Shown: piece by piece, positions 1 through 8,403 of the stretch
Layout: the number at the start of each line of letters is the position of its first letter
Position numbering within the stretch: position 1 is the stretch's first letter
IMG/VR virus record: IMGVR_UViG_3300013004_000029
From: an uncultured virus (IMG/VR IMGVR_UViG_3300013004_000029)
Lineage: Duplodnaviria > Heunggongvirae > Uroviricota > Caudoviricetes
DNA: 64,000 bases
Strand: one strand, 5' to 3'
The notes under the pieces: generated by a model
The model's input: the letters and a program-made list of their open reading frames with translations, nothing else
Database searches by the model: none
What the model was told of the DNA's origin: nothing
Made by a program: the position numbers and the translations under genes

Positions 1-90
1 ATTGGTATTGGTAAAATTTTTACAGACAGAGACGTTATGAAATGCATAAATGATAATGTCTATGAATTTATAGATAAATATTATGACTGA
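1..90 (+). CDS. 3' end of a CDS truncated by the window edge (hypothetical)
   Basis: Frame 1 is open from base 1 (IGIGKIFTDRDVMKCINDNVYEFIDKYYD) to TGA at 88-90, overlapping the next start. Confidence 0.5.
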   Translation: MGIGKIFTDRDVMKCINDNVYEFIDKYYD

Positions 91-748
91 AAACACAACA
101 ATAGACCATATTCATAATTTTAACATTGATATCAAAAATAGAGAAATATATCTACACGCATACTTGTCAGATAGTGCAGATGAGATATTGGACTTTAAAT
201 CCGCAGTAACATTTGAAAAAAATCTAAGACTATTAAACCACATATCTAATGAGCCAATATTAGTACATATGCATCTTCCGGGCGGAGATTGGCAAGATTT
301 ACTCGGTATGTATGACGCCATTAAATTCTCAAAAGCTAAAGTTATATTATTAGCTTATGCAAAAGTGGAGTCATGCAGTAGTGTTTTATTACAGGCTGCT
401 CATACAAGAATTCTTATGCCAAATACAAATATGCTAATACACTATGGTTCTATTAGTATAAATGAAGAACACACAAAGGCCGCATCAAGCAGCATAGCGT
501 GGAACGACAGGGAAACAGATAAAATGGTTGATATATTTACAGACAGATGCATGGAAACTAGCGTTATAGCCAAAGAAAAAAATTGGAAAAAAATGATGGC
601 AAAAAAACACATAGTTTCTCAACTAGCCAACAAATGCGATTGGATACTCACAGCAGAAGAAGCGGTGTATTATGGATTTGCAGACGGTATTCTAGGTTCA
701 AAACAGTATCCATCCATAGATAGTCTTAAACTAAATAAAAAGAAATGA
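83..748 (+). CDS. clpP: ClpP-like serine protease (S14)
   Basis: NREIYL, LPGG, VESCSSVLLQAA (Ser), MLIHYG (His), DWILTAEEAVYYGFADGI (Asp) follow the ClpP motif order. Confidence 0.8.
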   Translation: MTENTTIDHIHNFNIDIKNREIYLHAYLSDSADEILDFKSAVTFEKNLRLLNHISNEPILVHMHLPGGDWQDLLGMYDAIKFSKAKVILLAYAKVESCSSVLLQAAHTRILMPNTNMLIHYGSISINEEHTKAASSSIAWNDRETDKMVDIFTDRCMETSVIAKEKNWKKMMAKKHIVSQLANKCDWILTAEEAVYYGFADGILGSKQYPSIDSLKLNKKK

Positions 749-1401
749 AATTAGAATATTCATTATATGACGTATCATTACATGATAATGAATACAAAGA
801 TAACATAACAGCAGCAATAAAATATAAACCAGATATCATATCTGTATTACCTTGTTATGTAAAATTAGTAAAAACATTCGTACCAGACCACATAAAAATA
901 TCCTCTGCTATAGATTATCCACTTGGTACATCTGATCTAAAAAGCAGAATAACCTCTATAGAACACTCTATTAAAAATGGTGCAAAAGTAATAGATGTTG
1001 TGGCTCCTCCTAGTCCTCTAACTAATCGAAAATATGATAAATTTAGAGATGATGTTAAAAATATACTAGAATTATGTTCATCTCATAATGATGTTGAATT
1101 AAGATATTTTTTAGAATACAGGATTTTTAGCTACGATTTACTGTACAAGATTGCGCAAATTCTACATGGCTATGGAATAAAGAATATCCTTCCTTCAACA
1201 GGATATTTACTAGATGATATCAATGATAATATATTAGCTTCTGTGATGATAAAAAGAAAAGTCCATGATATTAATATTATTTGTAATGGAAATGTTTGGA
1301 ATGATAGTCAGATGGTATCTATAAAAAAGGCCGATTTATACGCTATAAGACTAAATTCTTTGAATGGATTAAGTATATTTAGCAAAAATATAGCAAAATA
1401 A
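745..1401 (+). CDS. DeoC (deoxyribose-phosphate aldolase)-like TIM-barrel protein, catalytic lysines absent
   Basis: IDYPLG, NGAKVIDVV, LRYFLE and ILPSTGY align by eye with DeoC motifs GFPLG, GADEIDMV, LKVIIE and FIKTSTG. Confidence 0.7.
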   Translation: MKLEYSLYDVSLHDNEYKDNITAAIKYKPDIISVLPCYVKLVKTFVPDHIKISSAIDYPLGTSDLKSRITSIEHSIKNGAKVIDVVAPPSPLTNRKYDKFRDDVKNILELCSSHNDVELRYFLEYRIFSYDLLYKIAQILHGYGIKNILPSTGYLLDDINDNILASVMIKRKVHDINIICNGNVWNDSQMVSIKKADLYAIRLNSLNGLSIFSKNIAK

Positions 1402-1409
1402 TATCTCCT

Positions 1410-1424
1410 GGGGTATAAGATTAG
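1410..1424 (+). promoter_or_regulatory. Putative late promoter motif, variant GGGGTATAAGATTAG
   Basis: Intergenic variant of the recurrent GTGTAT(A/T) motif upstream of ORF 1471. Confidence 0.4.
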
Positions 1425-1470
1425 TGAATATTCACTGTTTTCTATCTTTACTCATGCATGGAGAAAAATA

Positions 1471-2043
1471 ATGGCCACAATTCAACAAAATGGTTCTGCT
1501 GTTACAACAACCAGTACTGTAAATAATAAGGGTGCTGTATTAAGAGTTAAAACATCTGCTACTAATGTAAAGGGTGTTGCTGTCGGAGGTAGTAATCTAG
1601 GCTTCGTAGGTTCTAGAGTTTTAGTTACTACAGACGTAGCAAAATCTGTTAGTGGTGGCTTGATTGCTTACAATACTAGAGAGCCAGTTGCTCTCAGATC
1701 ATCTTCAACGATTACAGGTATTGCTAACACAGCTCTTAAGTCGGGCGCTGACGTACCTTCTCAAATCAGAGGTATTCATAAGTTAGAATCTGTCTTAACT
1801 CGTAGAGAACTCACAGCTATAAGAGCTGGTAAGTTTAATTTCTATCTTGGTAAATGGGATGCCGGGTATCCTGTTGTAGCAAATGATACTGGAACAACTG
1901 GTACAGACGGTGTTCTAGTAGGAAGCAATGGTTCTTACAAAGATCGTGCTGCTACTCCAACAAGAAGTGCTCCTGGCAATCTTACTTTCAAGGGTGTTGC
2001 CAAGAATCCTGTTACTGTTGGATACAAGCCCAAGAACGGGTAA
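1471..2043 (+). CDS. Probable virion structural protein (Gly/Thr/Val-rich)
   Basis: GGAG SD; beta-rich small-residue composition; follows the putative late motif. Confidence 0.5.
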   Translation: MATIQQNGSAVTTTSTVNNKGAVLRVKTSATNVKGVAVGGSNLGFVGSRVLVTTDVAKSVSGGLIAYNTREPVALRSSSTITGIANTALKSGADVPSQIRGIHKLESVLTRRELTAIRAGKFNFYLGKWDAGYPVVANDTGTTGTDGVLVGSNGSYKDRAATPTRSAPGNLTFKGVAKNPVTVGYKPKNG

Positions 2044-2047
2044 TTAA

Positions 2048-2266
2048 ATGTATCGTAATAACTATTTGGTAAAAAAACCGAATGGTATATACAAGAGTAA
2101 AAATGCTATCTACAAGTCCGATGCTACGGCGTCGGACTTTGTAGTTAGTAAACCTCATATATATCAACCATACCAAGAATTAGACAGAGACGCTAGAAAT
2201 ACTAAAATAAATTTTTATTCGGGCTCTAAAATACCTTCGTTGATAACGAGGATTAAATATGCCTAA
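2048..2266 (+). CDS. Hypothetical protein
   Basis: ORF tightly packed with neighbours. Confidence 0.55.
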   Translation: MYRNNYLVKKPNGIYKSKNAIYKSDATASDFVVSKPHIYQPYQELDRDARNTKINFYSGSKIPSLITRIKYA

Positions 2267-2675
2267 TAATATTTCTATTTCATCTGGATATAATTTTACT
2301 AAAAAAATTTTTGGGTCAGTAAAAAAACTTACTAAACCAGCTTTTGTTCATGATGGCAGAGTTTTTTCTGATAATACATTCAAAAATCAAAAAACTATTC
2401 CACTGTTAGAAAATAGTATTTATTATACTAATCATGGTCTAAAAGATGAAGATGTTTTGATAGATTATGATATTAGTGTTAGTTTTAACGATAATAATAT
2501 TATTCAACAATTTATTAATGACTATCAAATACTAGTCAATACAGATAATTTGAATCCAAGAGCAATAGAATCTATGTTGAAATCGCTAGAGTCTGGCGTG
2601 AAATCACTATCATCAAACTCAATTACAAAAGACCCATATGATAATAATCCTCCTCCAAAATGCGACGTCCCATAA
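2259..2675 (+). CDS. Hypothetical protein
   Basis: GAGG SD; overlaps the upstream stop. Confidence 0.65.
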   Translation: MPNNISISSGYNFTKKIFGSVKKLTKPAFVHDGRVFSDNTFKNQKTIPLLENSIYYTNHGLKDEDVLIDYDISVSFNDNNIIQQFINDYQILVNTDNLNPRAIESMLKSLESGVKSLSSNSITKDPYDNNPPPKCDVP

Positions 2676-2684
2676 GGAGTAAAA

Positions 2685-3197
2685 ATGGCTGAACCAGTTA
2701 CATCTCCAGTTGGATTTTGTTCTCCTAGAAGACAATCTTCGGGATTTAGTGCTACATTGAATGTTGTGGCATTTATTAAAGTTGCATGTACTAGAACACT
2801 AGAATGTGATGGAGATTGTGACAAAGCTCCTCCACAATGTGGACAATCAGAAGATTGTAGTTCAGTAGTTGGAGGAGGTAATTTGTCTTTTACTTTTAAG
2901 TTTAGTAGAGTCGGAGACAGTTATCTTTGCAATAACTTAGGACAGTTTCAAACAAGATGGAATAAATTCAATGAATCTTTACAGGCCAAAGTTCAAGCAA
3001 ACACCTTAGATAAAGTCACTCCATTATCAGACGGATCGTGTACTAAAACAGTACCGGACGGTAAAGATAAGTGTGGAAGAGATAAGTACAAGACTATTAC
3101 TTCCAAAATTAGTAGACAATATAGAATTAAAAAAGATCCATCTGTTGATATATCTAGAACAATTAATTCTCAAGACGCAGATTGTAATTTTACTTAA
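2685..3197 (+). CDS. Cys-rich hypothetical protein
   Basis: AAGGAG SD; 10 Cys in 170 aa. Confidence 0.7.
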   Translation: MAEPVTSPVGFCSPRRQSSGFSATLNVVAFIKVACTRTLECDGDCDKAPPQCGQSEDCSSVVGGGNLSFTFKFSRVGDSYLCNNLGQFQTRWNKFNESLQAKVQANTLDKVTPLSDGSCTKTVPDGKDKCGRDKYKTITSKISRQYRIKKDPSVDISRTINSQDADCNFT

Positions 3198-3211
3198 AGG
3201 GGTTAGATATC

Positions 3212-3532
3212 ATGAGTGAAACTATTATTCATTTCTGGGAAAATATAGCAACAACATGCGTGGGTATTATTGTTACCATGTTAGGATTTTGGGTTGCTAT
3301 TGGTCGTAATATGGCAACAAAATCAGAAGTATTAAACATGATAGAGACCCAAAGTCCATACGTTCATGATAGACAATTTATTATGGAAAGACTAAATAGT
3401 GGAAAAGAAAGCCAAGCAGCTTTCGCATCTGCTCTACAAAGAAATACTGAAGTAATGAATGAGCTAAAAGTTCAAATTGCCATGTTGGGCAAAACATTAG
3501 AAGCATTAGAAGATAGAATAGAAAACCATTAA
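3212..3532 (+). CDS. Membrane protein, N-terminal TM plus coiled coil (holin/spanin-like architecture)
   Basis: IATTCVGIIVTMLGFWVAI hydrophobic helix followed by a heptad-rich C-terminus. Confidence 0.55.
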   Translation: MSETIIHFWENIATTCVGIIVTMLGFWVAIGRNMATKSEVLNMIETQSPYVHDRQFIMERLNSGKESQAAFASALQRNTEVMNELKVQIAMLGKTLEALEDRIENH

Positions 3533-3534
3533 AA

Positions 3535-3549
3535 GTGTATAAATATAAG
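3535..3549 (+). promoter_or_regulatory. Putative late promoter motif GTGTATAAATATAAG
   Basis: Intergenic recurrent motif; also contains the T4-late-like TATAAATA. Confidence 0.55.
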
Positions 3550-3575
3550 TAATTTTTAAAACTTGGAGATTTACC

Positions 3576-3779
3576 ATGTCAAGACCATTTACAGATATCA
3601 CAAAAAGCAAAACATCAGAACCAATCAAAAATGGTACACTAGTTATTAGTGTTCAAAAAACAGGTCAGTACAAAACAAATGATGTAACAGTACTAAATAC
3701 TCCTACTATAGAAACCATATCTAACAAATATGGAAATAGATTCTATAATGGTATTCTTGTAGAATTAGTGGGGGGTTAA
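3576..3779 (+). CDS. Small hypothetical protein (probably structural)
   Basis: GGAG SD; downstream of the motif. Confidence 0.65.
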   Translation: MSRPFTDITKSKTSEPIKNGTLVISVQKTGQYKTNDVTVLNTPTIETISNKYGNRFYNGILVELVGG

Positions 3780-4087
3780 ATGAGTATAAAACGCATCAAT
3801 GAATTCCCTGAAGGTAGCGGATCATTAAGTAATGATGATGTATTTTTATTCATGGATGATCCAACGGGCGATATAATTTGATTTGGTTTAAAGTCAATAA
3901 TGGATATTGGAATAGTGATCCTAATCAAGACCCATCTTCTGCCTCTGGAGGTATTAGTATATCTGGTATACAAGGAGATCTTTATCCTGGTGTTTCTCCA
4001 TACGGATATGGCGGAATTCGCGGCAAAATATCAATATATACCAATACTAATGTATTTCCTACTGGATTTACTGTTCTTAATCCTTAA
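3780..4087 (+). pseudogene. Frameshifted or internally deleted remnant of a virion adhesin-like gene
   Basis: ATG3780 reads MSIKRINEFPEGSGSLSNDDVFLFMDDPTGDII* (TGA 3879-3881). The -1 frame, open from 3860, continues RYNLIWFKVNNGYWNSDPNQDP...TVLNP*, a SPRY/ConA-like C-terminal segment. Confidence 0.5.
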
Positions 4088-4117
4088 CTTAAATTTAGTG
4101 TATTTAAATATTAAGGA
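4081..4117 (+). promoter_or_regulatory. Hairpin occluding the SD, with GTGTAT motif at the loop
   Basis: TCCTTAA(4081-87)/TTAAGGA(4111-17) and TTAAAT/ATTTAA arms; GTGTATTTAAATA at 4098. Confidence 0.5.
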
Positions 4118-4126
4118 GATTCTATT

Positions 4127-4486
4127 ATGGTTAAACCCGGTTATCGAACAAGCGAATTCTGGTTTACTCTAGTTAGTTTTGTATTTAGTGGTTTATATTT
4201 AGTAGGATTAATAGGAGATAATAGTCAAAAAGAAGATCTCATAAGAGATGTCAGTCATGGTGTTGAAAGTATTATATTAATAGGTGGTCAATTAGCTATA
4301 CTATGGAAATATATCAATAGCAGAAAAGAAATAAAGAAAACTTGGTGGGATACAGCCACAGAAGATGAACGCAAAGCAACCATAAATAAAAACCATCCCA
4401 AACCCAAAACTCAACCCAAGAAAAAGAGGAGTAAAAAAAATGGAAGCTCAACTATCAGTAAGCGATCTAACAAATCTGGTCAGTAA
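4127..4486 (+). CDS. Holin-like membrane protein (2 TM, basic C-tail)
   Basis: KPGYRTSEFWFTLV...LVGLI TM1, IILIGGQLAILWKYI TM2, Lys-rich tail. Confidence 0.55.
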   Translation: MVKPGYRTSEFWFTLVSFVFSGLYLVGLIGDNSQKEDLIRDVSHGVESIILIGGQLAILWKYINSRKEIKKTWWDTATEDERKATINKNHPKPKTQPKKKRSKKNGSSTISKRSNKSGQ

Positions 4487-4862
4487 AGCAAAATCTTTAT
4501 TGCAATCAACAAAACAAGTTGCCATGCCACAAGCATGGAATGTTTTGCAATTAGCAATTGCAGAGGTTATACAAAGTATAGAAAATAATAACCCTAATTT
4601 AAGAGGTGCAGATAAAAAGACATTGGCTATGGCAATGCTTAGTAATTTTTACGATCAGGTATTTACAGTAATAAATTTTCCATTTGTGCCAAAATTTTTA
4701 CAGCCTATTATACAGAAGTATGTTAAACAGATATTGATGATTTTGGCTAGCTCGTCGATTGATGCTTTGGTTACAACATTCAGAAATACTGGTGTTTTTC
4801 TTGATCCAAACAGTACCGTTGTTCCCGCTGTAGATAAGACTCCAATAGTTTCAGATAAATAA
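4440..4862 (+). CDS. Hypothetical helical protein (amphipathic, possibly membrane-associated)
   Basis: GAGGAG SD; GADKKTLAM motif; part of the membrane-protein cluster. Confidence 0.65.
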   Translation: MEAQLSVSDLTNLVSKAKSLLQSTKQVAMPQAWNVLQLAIAEVIQSIENNNPNLRGADKKTLAMAMLSNFYDQVFTVINFPFVPKFLQPIIQKYVKQILMILASSSIDALVTTFRNTGVFLDPNSTVVPAVDKTPIVSDK

Positions 4863-4873
4863 GAGAGGTTAAA

Positions 4874-5260
4874 ATGAATTTTACAGAAAGTTTTCAAGAA
4901 TTTAGTAGTCGTTTGAGTCCAACGGATTTGGCTCTATATGCTGGTGTAGGATTAGTATTATGGGTTGTGTTTAAGGATAGACTTAGCCCAGTACAGAAAC
5001 TTTTAGCAGGCTTAGTAGAAAAAATGAAAAGTGGAGCAACGGCTGGTTTGCCAGTAGTTAATGTTCCATCAGTTTCTCCAGTAGTAGTTCCAACAAAAAA
5101 GAACGATGCCGAGGATACATTTTTTAAGCTAGTTGTTTCTTGGAAACAAACAAGAGATTTGGCTGTACAAAGTGGATGTTCGGAAGCGGTTAAAGTAGCA
5201 GATGAGATGTTTCCATTTTTAAGTCCCAATGTTTGTCAAAAAAAGGATCATGTAGTATGA
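4874..5260 (+). CDS. Single-TM membrane protein
   Basis: LALYAGVGLVLWVVF TM; GAGG SD. Confidence 0.7.
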   Translation: MNFTESFQEFSSRLSPTDLALYAGVGLVLWVVFKDRLSPVQKLLAGLVEKMKSGATAGLPVVNVPSVSPVVVPTKKNDAEDTFFKLVVSWKQTRDLAVQSGCSEAVKVADEMFPFLSPNVCQKKDHVV

Positions 5261-5748
5261 GTACTAAAAATATATTACTAGGTTTAGCAGGATTATTAAT
5301 AGTTGTTGGGTTGGTTAAGCCAGATCTATCTAATGGTTTTAGGCCAAGACCTGTAGCGGTAGATGTTCTTGAACTACCTGCCCCATCTAATGAAGCACTT
5401 AAGGTTGCTGCTGAAGAAGTTATTAAGGTACTAAACTCCGTTGTTGATCATAAGGCCGATGCTAGAAGGCTAAGAGATCTATATATAGATGTTGCTAAAT
5501 TAGTAGAACTTGATGGAGAAGATATGGTTATTAAAAATACAGAAGATATCCGTCAGGCAAATGGTTTGGCTGGAGTTATGTTAAAACTAGATATCAAAGG
5601 CAAATACTCTAGCTTACCTAGTGCGGCAAAAGCAGTTGTTGTTACTAGTATCGGTGAAGATCAGATATTATTATCTCCAGAGCTAAGAGCAAAAGCTGTG
5701 GATGCTTTTAATGCATTAGCTTGGGCTTGTAATGAAAGTAGTAAGTAA
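5257..5748 (+). CDS. Signal-anchored exported helical protein
   Basis: Start re-assigned to ATG5257 (AAGGA SD, ATGA overlap); KNILLGLAGLLIVVGLV N-terminal anchor. Confidence 0.7.
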   Translation: MSTKNILLGLAGLLIVVGLVKPDLSNGFRPRPVAVDVLELPAPSNEALKVAAEEVIKVLNSVVDHKADARRLRDLYIDVAKLVELDGEDMVIKNTEDIRQANGLAGVMLKLDIKGKYSSLPSAAKAVVVTSIGEDQILLSPELRAKAVDAFNALAWACNESSK

Positions 5749-6674
5749 TGCCACGCTATACCCCTAAAGAATTATACGATAATTATCGTAAAGGATTTTC
5801 TGGATGTATTTGGGAACAACATGTATATGATCATTTGATGGAAACATCCAAATATCCATTATTTGGAGATGCTAGTAGAAGAATAAGCGGTACAGGCAAA
5901 GGCAAACTTTCAACACCATTCAAAAGTGTTTTAAAATTTGATAAAAATCCATACAATGAAAGACAAACTACTGGGGATTGTGTTAGTCATGGAACACGCA
6001 ATGCTTGTGACGTAACCAGAGCAGTAGAAATAGATATTGGAAATGAGAGAGAAGACTGGGTTGCAAAAGGTGCAACCGAAGCAATATACGGATACAGGGG
6101 CTTTTCTGGACAAGGTATGAGTTGTGCTAGAGCCGCTGAATTTGTGAGTAAGGTTGGTGGTATAGTTGTTAGAAAAAATTATCCAGGTATTGCTGATTTT
6201 ACTAAATATAATGGTAATCTAGGTGCTAGTTGGGGAGGAAGAGGATTACCAGACAAGGTATTAGATCTAGCGAATGATCATCAAATACGAACAGCCTCAC
6301 TAATTAGAACAGTAGAAGAAGCAAGAGATGCTTTAGCTAATGGTTATGGATTAGCAGTATGTAGCAATTATGGTTTTAGCAGTACAAGAGACAAGAAAGG
6401 TTTTGCTAAACAATCTGGAAGCTGGGGACATTGCATGGCATGGATTGCTTGTGATGACACAAATGGTGAACCAGCATTTCTTGTACAAAATAGTTGGGGC
6501 AAATGGAACGACGGAGGACATCCAGAATGGGGTCCAATTCCAGAGGGCTCATTTTTAATCCATGCCGACGTGGCTGCTGGTATGTTAAGCCAAAATGGTT
6601 CGTATGCCTTTAGTGGTTTCGACGGTTTTCCTCTACAGAAATTACCAGACTACGGCTTCGAAACATATCTATAA
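5748..6674 (+). CDS. Papain-like cysteine peptidase (C1 family)
   Basis: QTTGDCVSHG (oxyanion Gln and Cys), WGHCMAWIACD (His), VQNSWGKW (Asn). Confidence 0.85.
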   Translation: MPRYTPKELYDNYRKGFSGCIWEQHVYDHLMETSKYPLFGDASRRISGTGKGKLSTPFKSVLKFDKNPYNERQTTGDCVSHGTRNACDVTRAVEIDIGNEREDWVAKGATEAIYGYRGFSGQGMSCARAAEFVSKVGGIVVRKNYPGIADFTKYNGNLGASWGGRGLPDKVLDLANDHQIRTASLIRTVEEARDALANGYGLAVCSNYGFSSTRDKKGFAKQSGSWGHCMAWIACDDTNGEPAFLVQNSWGKWNDGGHPEWGPIPEGSFLIHADVAAGMLSQNGSYAFSGFDGFPLQKLPDYGFETYL

Positions 6675-6686
6675 TTCAAAACAGAT

Positions 6687-6732
6687 CCTAAATAAAATTG
6701 GTGTATTAATATATACATCTTTTTATTTGAGG
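6687..6732 (+). promoter_or_regulatory. Long hairpin containing GGTGTAT motif and occluding the SD of ORF 6738
   Basis: CCT-AAATAAAA-tt-GGTGTAT [TAATAT] ATACATC-t-TTTTATTT-g-AGG. Confidence 0.55.
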
Positions 6733-6737
6733 TAATA

Positions 6738-6935
6738 ATGAATTTAAGAGAAAGACTCGAAATTAGAGCTGTCATCAATATGATCATTAGTATCATTGAA
6801 AGACTAGCTGCGCTGTTTAATAAAACTCAGAAAAAGTTTTCTCCAAAACCCAAAGTGGATGTTCCCAAACCGAACAGACCAAGACCTATAAAAAATATAG
6901 TAGATAATATTCTACCATGGAGAAATAAAAAATGA
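6738..6935 (+). CDS. Small basic protein with amphipathic helix
   Basis: GAGG SD; AVINMIISIIERLAALF helix and Pro/Lys-rich tail. Confidence 0.65.
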   Translation: MNLRERLEIRAVINMIISIIERLAALFNKTQKKFSPKPKVDVPKPNRPRPIKNIVDNILPWRNKK

Positions 6936-7288
6936 ATAAATTATCAGTAGCATTATTATGTGTAGGATTGTGGTTTTCTCAATCTCATTACTATGGTTCT
7001 ACAACTGCCCCAGTAGTCGTGGCTGGAGGTATTATAAAAGCCAAGCATGTTGGCGAAACTAATAAAAAATATAACAGAAAAGACTGTCCAGTTTGTGTTG
7101 GTAAGGGCTGGTATATGAGCGGTGATGGCATTAAAAAAATTGAATGTACATATTGCGAACCAGAAAAACAAAATCCAAGTATTATATCAATTGGACCTAT
7201 TAAATCCATAACTCCAGCACCTCAACCACCATCAAAAAACAATTGTCCAAATGGTGTTTGTCCTCTACCTAAACAAAGAGTAAAATAA
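6932..7288 (+). CDS. Exported Cys-rich protein (CxxCxGxG...CxxC, C-terminal CPNGVCP)
   Basis: N-terminal hydrophobic signal; CPVCVGKG, CTYC, NCPNGVCP. Confidence 0.7.
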   Translation: MNKLSVALLCVGLWFSQSHYYGSTTAPVVVAGGIIKAKHVGETNKKYNRKDCPVCVGKGWYMSGDGIKKIECTYCEPEKQNPSIISIGPIKSITPAPQPPSKNNCPNGVCPLPKQRVK

Positions 7289-7289
7289 T

Positions 7290-7694
7290 ATGGAAAATAA
7301 TGAGAAGTTAAAAAGTATTGCTATTAAAGTACTAGAAAAATCTTCTATTTCCAGATCAAATAATGATAGGTGCGGATTTGCAATTATTACAATACTAATG
7401 ATGATTAGTATAATATTAACTTGTATAAGAATATTACAAGAATGCAATAAAAATAAATTATCTGGAAATTATTCATTAACAGATAAGTGTGATCTATATG
7501 GATCAGAAATCAAACATTATAGCGTACATCGTGGATGGTTCACGAAAATGAGAATCAAAAAAATTCTTAGAAGAGAATTGAATAAAGAAGATTATAATAA
7601 ATATTCATTATCTTTATTAAATGCAATATTAGATGTAGGAGAAACATTAACCAAGGATGAGATTCAAACCCTAGTGGAGGCAGCAAATGTTTAG
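7290..7694 (+). CDS. Single-TM membrane protein
   Basis: FAIITILMMISIILTCIRIL TM. Confidence 0.7.
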   Translation: MENNEKLKSIAIKVLEKSSISRSNNDRCGFAIITILMMISIILTCIRILQECNKNKLSGNYSLTDKCDLYGSEIKHYSVHRGWFTKMRIKKILRRELNKEDYNKYSLSLLNAILDVGETLTKDEIQTLVEAANV

Positions 7695-7932
7695 TCTTTT
7701 AGTATGGTGTGTATATGGCATTTTTGTTGGATCAATAGCAAAAACTTTAGTTCCTGGAGAAGAAAACTTTGGTTTTGTAAAAACAATAGCTTTAGGGGTT
7801 GCAGGATCGTATGCAGGAGGTACAATAACATACCTGTTGGGCATGACGCCTCTTCAACCAGCCGGAATATTGATGGGAGTGGTAGGAGCCACTGCATCTT
7901 TAGTTTTTTACAAAAAATTGCTAGAAAAATAG
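7687..7932 (+). CDS. GlsB/YeaQ/YmgE (transglycosylase-associated) membrane protein
   Basis: W..G...G.IAK.LVPG, TIALGVAGSYAGG, GILMGVVGA; 3 TM; GGAGG SD. Confidence 0.8.
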   Translation: MFSLLVWCVYGIFVGSIAKTLVPGEENFGFVKTIALGVAGSYAGGTITYLLGMTPLQPAGILMGVVGATASLVFYKKLLEK

Positions 7933-7935
7933 GAA

Positions 7936-8403
7936 ATGCGACCAGACTGGATTAATTATTTTTTAGGACTAGCTAAAATAGTCGCTCAACGTAGTCATGA
8001 TATACACACAAAACATGGTTGTGTAATAACAGACTCTAATAATAGAATTTTGGGTGTTGGTTATAATGGTTTCCCTAGAGGTTTAGATGATTCTAAACTA
8101 CCCACATCTAGACCAGATAAATATCCGTGGATGGTACACTCTGAAAGAAATGCTCTGTCTAATTGTGTTGTTAGACCAGATAATGGAATAGCATATGTCA
8201 CTGGCCAATGTTGCAATGATTGTATCATAGCATTATGGCAAGAAGGAATTAAAAAGGTCTATATGATAGATGATCATGGAACACATTTATTTGATGAAGA
8301 AGCACAAAAAAGATTTGATATTTTTATGTCAATGAGCAAAATGGAAATTCACAAAGTTAATGCAGATCTTTCTTGGCTGAAAGATGTTGCTGGTGTATTA
8401 TGA
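7936..8403 (+). CDS. dCMP deaminase
   Basis: WINYFL, GVGYNGFPRG, VHSERNA, CCNDC zinc ligands. Confidence 0.9.
   Translation: MRPDWINYFLGLAKIVAQRSHDIHTKHGCVITDSNNRILGVGYNGFPRGLDDSKLPTSRPDKYPWMVHSERNALSNCVVRPDNGIAYVTGQCCNDCIIALWQEGIKKVYMIDDHGTHLFDEEAQKRFDIFMSMSKMEIHKVNADLSWLKDVAGVL

Noticed and set aside
664..675. GGTGTATTATGG inside clpP (also GTGTAT at about 7709 and 63610)
   Set aside because: Within coding sequence and explainable by codons; the 63610 copy is antisense to its gene; not counted as promoters
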